From an uncultured virus (IMG/VR IMGVR_UViG_3300033562_000771) (taxonomy: Duplodnaviria > Heunggongvirae > Uroviricota > Caudoviricetes): a stretch of DNA of 64,000 nt. The notes below the pieces were generated by a model. It was not told where the DNA came from and searched no databases. It saw nothing but the letters and a program-made list of their open reading frames with translations. The position numbers and the translations under genes are program-made. Positions 58,409-64,000 of this stretch are shown one piece after another (position 1 is the first letter of the stretch; the number at the start of each line of letters is the position of its first letter). The stretch covers positions 1 through 64,000 of the IMG/VR virus record IMGVR_UViG_3300033562_000771. One strand, 5' to 3'.

Positions 58409-59086
58409 CTAGTCCCCCTCTTCTAGCTTATTAGGAACTATTGGCTGTTGTGTCCAGTGTGTCTCAGTTTGGACATGATTTGGCCGCACCCATTTAGCGA
58501 GTGCTTTTGAGAATTCCGCACGGTTAAACGCCCTAGCCAACCTAACTACAAAACCCTCCTGCCCACCCCCAAAAGAAGAGGTCCCCGAGAAAAATTTCTT
58601 CTCTAGGTTATCCTCCACAAAGGGTCCTTTATAGAGAATTGGAACTGTTTTTAAATTGAGTTCATTGCAAATTAGAACCGTGTCATCCCAGGACAAACAC
58701 GTATCTCCCTCCCATACACTAAACACTAAGAAATAACTGGGAAGCTTATCATACCCGAGTGAATGCTGGGCGAAAACATTCTCCCCACAGATCCGCATTC
58801 CATCAGGTATCTTATAACCAATCTCACTCTGGAGTCGTTTCACCCAATTCCTTGAGGGATGGTTATTACTATCTAGTGATCGAGAATGCAAATAGTCAGG
58901 GTAAATGGTTGTATTTTCCCCATCCATTTTCTCAGTTATTACGACCTCTTGTCCTTTAAAATGATCCATACTACTTAATATTTTATCATCTGAGGTAGCC
59001 CCAGGGCTCCCCGGAATATGAAACGTTCTAGGATACTTATATCTTGGGTTAGAATCAGCTAAAAACAGGCGAGACACTCTTAACAT
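58409..59086 (-). CDS. RNA ligase family protein
   Basis: KYPRT.H...SPG..SDD, TEKMDGEN, H.RS, CGEN, VF.VW, EGFVVR and KWVR motifs. Confidence 0.85.
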   Translation of the reverse strand: MLRVSRLFLADSNPRYKYPRTFHIPGSPGATSDDKILSSMDHFKGQEVVITEKMDGENTTIYPDYLHSRSLDSNNHPSRNWVKRLQSEIGYKIPDGMRICGENVFAQHSLGYDKLPSYFLVFSVWEGDTCLSWDDTVLICNELNLKTVPILYKGPFVEDNLEKKFFSGTSSFGGGQEGFVVRLARAFNRAEFSKALAKWVRPNHVQTETHWTQQPIVPNKLEEGD

Positions 59087-59095
59087 ACACTTTAC

Positions 59096-59815
59096 CTAGG
59101 CGTGATCATCGGCGGTGGGGAGGGGCGGAATCTTAATGGCAACGCCTTCAAGGTCTTCATGCTTAATAGCCTTTTCGCGTTTTTTATTCATGAGATTTGC
59201 ATCTTCCGAACGCTCAATACCCGCACCGTGTTTTGAAGCATTAAAAGAAACTGAGTTAACAAACTTCTTTTGTTTCTCTTCAAATGCAGGTAGTCTACTT
59301 TGCAGAACGAGAAAGAAATTATTAACTTGATCTTCCGAGAAACCACAATCCTTCATGACATTCTCAATGAGGTCCCAAAGAGCATCAATAAAGGCTTGCA
59401 AGCGAGGGCTATCAAAGTCGAGCCGATCTTTATAGAGGGATTTTTCACGCTCTTGCAGCGTCATGGATAGAGCGCGAAGAGCTTCCACCGCTCTGGATCC
59501 CGTCTGGGCTCTATTAAAAGACGGGGCCTTAGCAGCAGCTTCTTGCATTAGAATGAGGGCCATTACCCCCATCATTCGAGTTAACTGAGCATGGAGATCC
59601 TTGATATCAGCACTCGGGTCATCTAATAACGCTTGGAACCCAACAATATCCGGAAGGGCATACTTTGTATGAACCTCGGGGGGTTGTGAGGAAGCTGGGG
59701 GTATCCCAGATAAAGAAACTCCTGGGGCAGAAGAATAGCTCTCTCTAGAGGGGCCGTTTAAAGCTAATGGCAGCACTCTAGAGAGAGACGATTGAGGAAG
59801 AGCCGGGTCATCCAT
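59096..59815 (-). CDS. Helical hypothetical protein (possible terminase small subunit)
   Basis: Position upstream of terL and alpha-helical character only. Confidence 0.3.
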   Translation of the reverse strand: MDDPALPQSSLSRVLPLALNGPSRESYSSAPGVSLSGIPPASSQPPEVHTKYALPDIVGFQALLDDPSADIKDLHAQLTRMMGVMALILMQEAAAKAPSFNRAQTGSRAVEALRALSMTLQEREKSLYKDRLDFDSPRLQAFIDALWDLIENVMKDCGFSEDQVNNFFLVLQSRLPAFEEKQKKFVNSVSFNASKHGAGIERSEDANLMNKKREKAIKHEDLEGVAIKIPPLPTADDHA

Positions 59816-59833
59816 TTGAGTCCTTACGGAGGG

Positions 59834-62800
59834 CTACCTAATGTAATCTTGCAGGATGCCGAATTCTTCAGGGGTATCTGACTGAACCGACATTTCATTG
59901 ATATCTACGATCCCATCAGTCAAGGTGGGCTGTTCTTTAGCTATTTGCTCTTCGGCTAATTGCTTAAGGGTATCACCAAAAACATTGTCATTTGTAGTTA
60001 TTTCGGTATAGACTTCACCATTTGCAGATGATTGACTCTGAGTTAGATTGGTCTGCCCAGCAATTCTACTAACTAAACGTTGCAGTTGAGGCCTATCGGC
60101 AGCTCTGAAAGCTATCTTCATACTGTCATAGACTTGCTGTGGGGTCTTCTTAGCTACGAAAGCTTCCTTAATCTTGGTTGTAATGGCTTCGAGATCCTGA
60201 GTCTTAGGTTTGGAGGCTTCCATTGCAATATCCATTACATTCTTGGAAGTGCCCTCAACAACATCCTTCTCAGTTTCTACCGCAGCATTCTCTAGTTCCG
60301 TTTCCTCTGGTTCAACCTTTTCAGAAGGCATGTTAAAAGCCTTGAGGGAGGGGTGATCCTCGGAGACACCAATACTCTGAGCTAGATACGGAAGAGCTTC
60401 CTTGGCTAAATCTTCCTTAGTGGCAGCGGCCAACTTGGGAATCATTGCAGGGAAGGCAGTCGCTGCAACCAGCTTCATATCAGCTAGGGTGGATACCAAA
60501 GGTTTTCCATAAAGAGAGCAACGCTCCCCACCGGAGACATTCTTAACGCAATTCTGACACTTTGAGCAAGCAGCAATCTTGGTTACAGAATGGAATGGAA
60601 ACTTGCGTTTATCCTTAGCATTTGCCGCAAAATGTTTCCCATGAGTGACACTGCACGACCCAGCAAAATGAGGCATAACAGTTAGGAAGCCCATTAGACC
60701 CTTCTGAGCGTTCAACTCAGCCATGGCAGCTTCCTTAAACGAAGCACTATGGACAGTAGATCTGTCTAGGATTTCGGCAATTCTAGCGGGGGTCTGACCC
60801 TGTGATAAAGCCGCTACAATATATGTCTTGGGTGCTACTGAAGCTGTTGGAATCGATGCCTTCAAAGAAGGGCTTGGGCGACTCTCTGCCCCATCCCCAA
60901 AATCAACTGCAGCCGTTATAGTGGGGAGTGGAGACTTGGAAGCCGTAGAATTCTTTGACGCAAGGTGTGCAGCGGCCCTCTTACTCAATCCAGTAGGAGT
61001 CATAGCTTCCTGGGAAACACCCCAGACAGAATTGGCTAATTTATGCATTTCTTCAACAGACGCAACTATGGGCTTACTGTAAAGAGCACAATGTTTAACA
61101 CCTTGTGAATTGCACTTATAATTGGTGCATCCAGCGCAAGCAGATGTAGAAGCCACTGCATGATAGGGGGTCTTGGACCTAGTAGCTTTATGCTGACCAT
61201 TTAAAGCGGCATGGGTAACCGTGCAGGAATTCTTAATGAAGTTAGGCTGCAACACCAGATTCCCTGCAATACCAGCCAATTTAGCCAGGGTGCGCCTAAA
61301 GGTCTTTTGATCGGACCCAAAGTAGCTCACCAAAGAAGCCCTATGATCGCACTCTTCAGGGCTATACCCTAGATTGAGTTCAGCGGTAATAATCTCAGCA
61401 ATCCGACTAGAAGAAGTCCGAGCAGGAGTCAAATTAGCCTTATGAGACTCCACGGAAACCTTAACAGCAGATTCAATTGAGGCGCGAGTATGGGCATCAA
61501 AACTGGCCTGATGACCTCTGGTATGATCCACAGTCTGTTTAGCAAACAAGGTGGCAACCTTAGCCGAAGTAGCATCCATGGGCCTAACAGAGGGGTCTTG
61601 GAACATGGTGAGAACATCAGCCTGATGAGGTGCAGGGATGTCATGATCAACGGAGGCCACGTAAGAAGTAATAGGGGCATTGCTGATACTTCTGAAAACT
61701 TCCGGAGCCACAACAGGAGTTGGTTGAACTACTTCAGGGGTTCCTGTGGTAAGCGTAAAGTCATCCGCAGTTACATTCTTAGCCCCATGGGTAGACTCAA
61801 GCCACTCACGCAGTGAATCAGTGGAGGTAGTGACTATGTTTGAGTCATAGTTAGTCCATCCATTCTCAAACATGCTTAAATAGGCATCCCTAGCATCTTC
61901 TAATGACCAGAAGCCTAACCCAACTTTAATTTCATCGGGGACAACCTTATCCTGGGAATCATCATATTTAGTCTGGTTTACAATAAATACCCATGGTGCG
62001 TTAGTATCAGGCCCTAGGAAGACGTCAATGGCTTCACCGTCTCCACCAACGGTATCGATGATCTCACCATAATCAACACTCTGAATGCTCTCCCAGGCAT
62101 TCCCCTGGGGGTCTACCCCTGAGACCTTGCACCCAGCGGGACAATCTATACGAATTGGGAAAGTTCCAAATGTAGTCGTGACAGGCTCGGCATTACAGTT
62201 ACGGGCTTTTTTCACGGACGCATACGCATTTCTTCGGGTAACTTCCTTAACACAGGCTTGTGCATTCATTTCATAGAAATCCTTAATGTATACACTAGAA
62301 GTCCCACCTCTGTAGTCTTCTAATGTCACCTCAGTGGCACCATTCAAACTAAAATGAGTTTGAAGCGCATGAACTTGAGCATCACGCAGTTTATCTGCAT
62401 TAAACTCCATGTATCCATTGGTTCCAAACACGAATCCAGCCCTAACCCAGCCAGCCAGAAAAGCATCTTCCTGAGTATTAAACCCCTGTTCTAAGGCAAC
62501 GGTGGAATGATAAACCCCATCATTAACAGAACCTTTAACTTCAACAAGAGATCCATCCGGTTTGACCCAAACTCTAGCATAAAAACTCTCTGCGGTCTTG
62601 GCAGCGGCCATTTTAGTGGGAAGAACTTGTAAGTCGGCCACCAAGTCACGATTAAGAATAACAACCCTATCAGTTCCAACAGCCTTTAAGAGACTGAAAT
62701 CCTGCATGTAGTGTAGCATTTCCTTCCAGGAGGACGTAATGCTTTTAACCTGCTGTTTTAACTCGGGGAGAGTAACCTCGGACCCAGCATGTTCAGCAAC

Positions 62801-63763
62801 ATACTTATTGACAGCCTGAGCTATTACGGGTGAGTATGCTTTTTTTACCGAAGAAGTAGTGACGTCAGGTCGAAAGTCCAGGCTACTCGCAGACTTCGCG
62901 GTAGCCACCTCCTTTACGGACCCGTTTGCGACATCTTGCACGGGATTTTCGGTAGTCCCCATTAGCTGAGCCTCACCGTTAACGTTGGAGTCTGTGGTAA
63001 GGCCAGCGGTCCTGACTCGAAGTTGTGCTACCAGCTTGCTATCATCAGCTACTAGTAGACCCTTAGGGTTTACCCAAGGGGCAGAAGCTTCATGGGTAAA
63101 CCCAAATTGCTCAGAGGCTTCCTTGGAAGCCTGATGTTTTGCGAGGATATCAATTCCCCCCTGCTTATTCATAGACTCCTGCCCACCATGCTCATCGGCC
63201 CAGGAGTTCCAGTCATCTCGTAGCGTATTAACAAAATCAAGAGGGCGAACATACAGTTTGTCCTCTGGTTTGGGGCTGGGGTCAGAGGAGGCAGTTTTAA
63301 CCTTACCTGACACAGAGGCTAGTTTAGCCTTCATAGATTCTACCTCGGGACTCTTAGGTAGACTCGCAAGTTTGGCTGTCAGAGCGGCAACCCTAGCTTC
63401 CATATCGACATTAGAAGCCTGCTTAGGGGCTGGTGGAGCAGGGGAGGACGCTACCACGGGAGCGGCCTCTTCAGCAACCGTAGCTGCTGGACCGTCTGTG
63501 GGAAACTGATTCATCCAACCCTGTTTTTGGGCTGCTGAAAATAGCATCCTATAGCAACCCTGTAAGAATACTGAGTAGTTCTCATTTGAAGGGCCGAAGG
63601 TCATTTCACGAGCACCCACGGTAAAGTCAAGAGATCGACCTTCTGGGTCTATAACAATAGCTACAGGGGTCTCAGGGACAATCTCAGGGTAGAGGCTCTT
63701 GAATGGGTTCTGGCAGTCCTCAGGAAGTTGGGAAAAAGCGAGAACTACTTCTGTTTTACTCAT
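59834..63763 (-). CDS. Large head-associated multidomain protein with an inorganic pyrophosphatase-like domain and two Cys-rich repeats
   Basis: G..W......DYG.I..T.G.DG..IDVF.G....F.VNQ......DE.KV.LGF....A..AY; duplicated G...GN/F....P.F..SC.VTH....C..C..C......C.LY.KP.V units; many K/R/H-x-A motifs. Confidence 0.65.
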   Translation of the reverse strand: MSKTEVVLAFSQLPEDCQNPFKSLYPEIVPETPVAIVIDPEGRSLDFTVGAREMTFGPSNENYSVFLQGCYRMLFSAAQKQGWMNQFPTDGPAATVAEEAAPVVASSPAPPAPKQASNVDMEARVAALTAKLASLPKSPEVESMKAKLASVSGKVKTASSDPSPKPEDKLYVRPLDFVNTLRDDWNSWADEHGGQESMNKQGGIDILAKHQASKEASEQFGFTHEASAPWVNPKGLLVADDSKLVAQLRVRTAGLTTDSNVNGEAQLMGTTENPVQDVANGSVKEVATAKSASSLDFRPDVTTSSVKKAYSPVIAQAVNKYVAEHAGSEVTLPELKQQVKSITSSWKEMLHYMQDFSLLKAVGTDRVVILNRDLVADLQVLPTKMAAAKTAESFYARVWVKPDGSLVEVKGSVNDGVYHSTVALEQGFNTQEDAFLAGWVRAGFVFGTNGYMEFNADKLRDAQVHALQTHFSLNGATEVTLEDYRGGTSSVYIKDFYEMNAQACVKEVTRRNAYASVKKARNCNAEPVTTTFGTFPIRIDCPAGCKVSGVDPQGNAWESIQSVDYGEIIDTVGGDGEAIDVFLGPDTNAPWVFIVNQTKYDDSQDKVVPDEIKVGLGFWSLEDARDAYLSMFENGWTNYDSNIVTTSTDSLREWLESTHGAKNVTADDFTLTTGTPEVVQPTPVVAPEVFRSISNAPITSYVASVDHDIPAPHQADVLTMFQDPSVRPMDATSAKVATLFAKQTVDHTRGHQASFDAHTRASIESAVKVSVESHKANLTPARTSSSRIAEIITAELNLGYSPEECDHRASLVSYFGSDQKTFRRTLAKLAGIAGNLVLQPNFIKNSCTVTHAALNGQHKATRSKTPYHAVASTSACAGCTNYKCNSQGVKHCALYSKPIVASVEEMHKLANSVWGVSQEAMTPTGLSKRAAAHLASKNSTASKSPLPTITAAVDFGDGAESRPSPSLKASIPTASVAPKTYIVAALSQGQTPARIAEILDRSTVHSASFKEAAMAELNAQKGLMGFLTVMPHFAGSCSVTHGKHFAANAKDKRKFPFHSVTKIAACSKCQNCVKNVSGGERCSLYGKPLVSTLADMKLVAATAFPAMIPKLAAATKEDLAKEALPYLAQSIGVSEDHPSLKAFNMPSEKVEPEETELENAAVETEKDVVEGTSKNVMDIAMEASKPKTQDLEAITTKIKEAFVAKKTPQQVYDSMKIAFRAADRPQLQRLVSRIAGQTNLTQSQSSANGEVYTEITTNDNVFGDTLKQLAEEQIAKEQPTLTDGIVDINEMSVQSDTPEEFGILQDYIR

Positions 63764-63796
63764 GGGGGGACCTTCCTAAAGTGTCTATTTAAAGGA

Positions 63797-64000
63797 TTAG
63801 TATAGAGAAGCTTCAAGGCGACCCATGCTGTAGGCACTTGCAAGGTCGGAGTGGATCTTAGGGTCAAAAGCATCAATAGTACCATCAGCAAATGCGCCAT
63901 CTGCACCATCGCCAACCATACGACAGAGGTTCCCCTCGTTGTTGAAGCCCCAATATTCGTTTGTAGCGGCACTCACAAAAAGTGACGCGGTGATTCGTCG
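63797..64000 (-). CDS. 3' end of a hypothetical protein entering from beyond the window
   Basis: Open frame from 64000: RRITASLFVSAATNEYWGFNNEGNLCRMVG...EASLY, with TAA at 63797-63799. Confidence 0.65.
   Translation of the reverse strand, partial: RRITASLFVSAATNEYWGFNNEGNLCRMVGDGADGAFADGTIDAFDPKIHSDLASAYSMGRLEASLY

Noticed and set aside
63760..63972. 70-aa ORF from the track
   Set aside because: A different frame, open from the window edge to 63797, gives a more protein-like sequence and leaves room for the upstream motif and RBS of the next gene

Overview
A 64-kb segment of a large (jumbo-type) tailed dsDNA phage genome, almost entirely coded on the minus strand. The left half (about 1-32.5 kb) holds many short hypothetical ORFs plus nucleotide and nucleic-acid metabolism genes: two RNA ligases (one intein-containing), ThyX, a DEDDh exonuclease, a minimal ATP-dependent DNA ligase, a SNF2 helicase, rIIA/rIIB-like genes, a protein phosphatase, an M15 endolysin and an HNH endonuclease. 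It also contains a displaced, frameshifted tail-fibre cassette. The right half (about 32.7-64 kb) is a virion module: an intein-containing terminase, a probable portal, a large head-associated multidomain protein, DUF2793 tail-fibre paralogues and Ig-like repeat proteins. Unusual passengers sit inside this module: a radical SAM/SPASM enzyme coupled to a Cys-tailed, apparently split virion protein, a free-standing intein, a PAS-PAS-GGDEF diguanylate cyclase, a third RNA ligase, and a four-domain polyprotein (GNAT-like/HD/ART-like/InsA-like) whose domains are separated by [KRH]-x-A motifs. Two recurring upstream motifs, several structured non-coding candidates and a 22-bp direct repeat flanking a single gene were also seen. 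All calls come from motif recognition by eye; no database searches were run.
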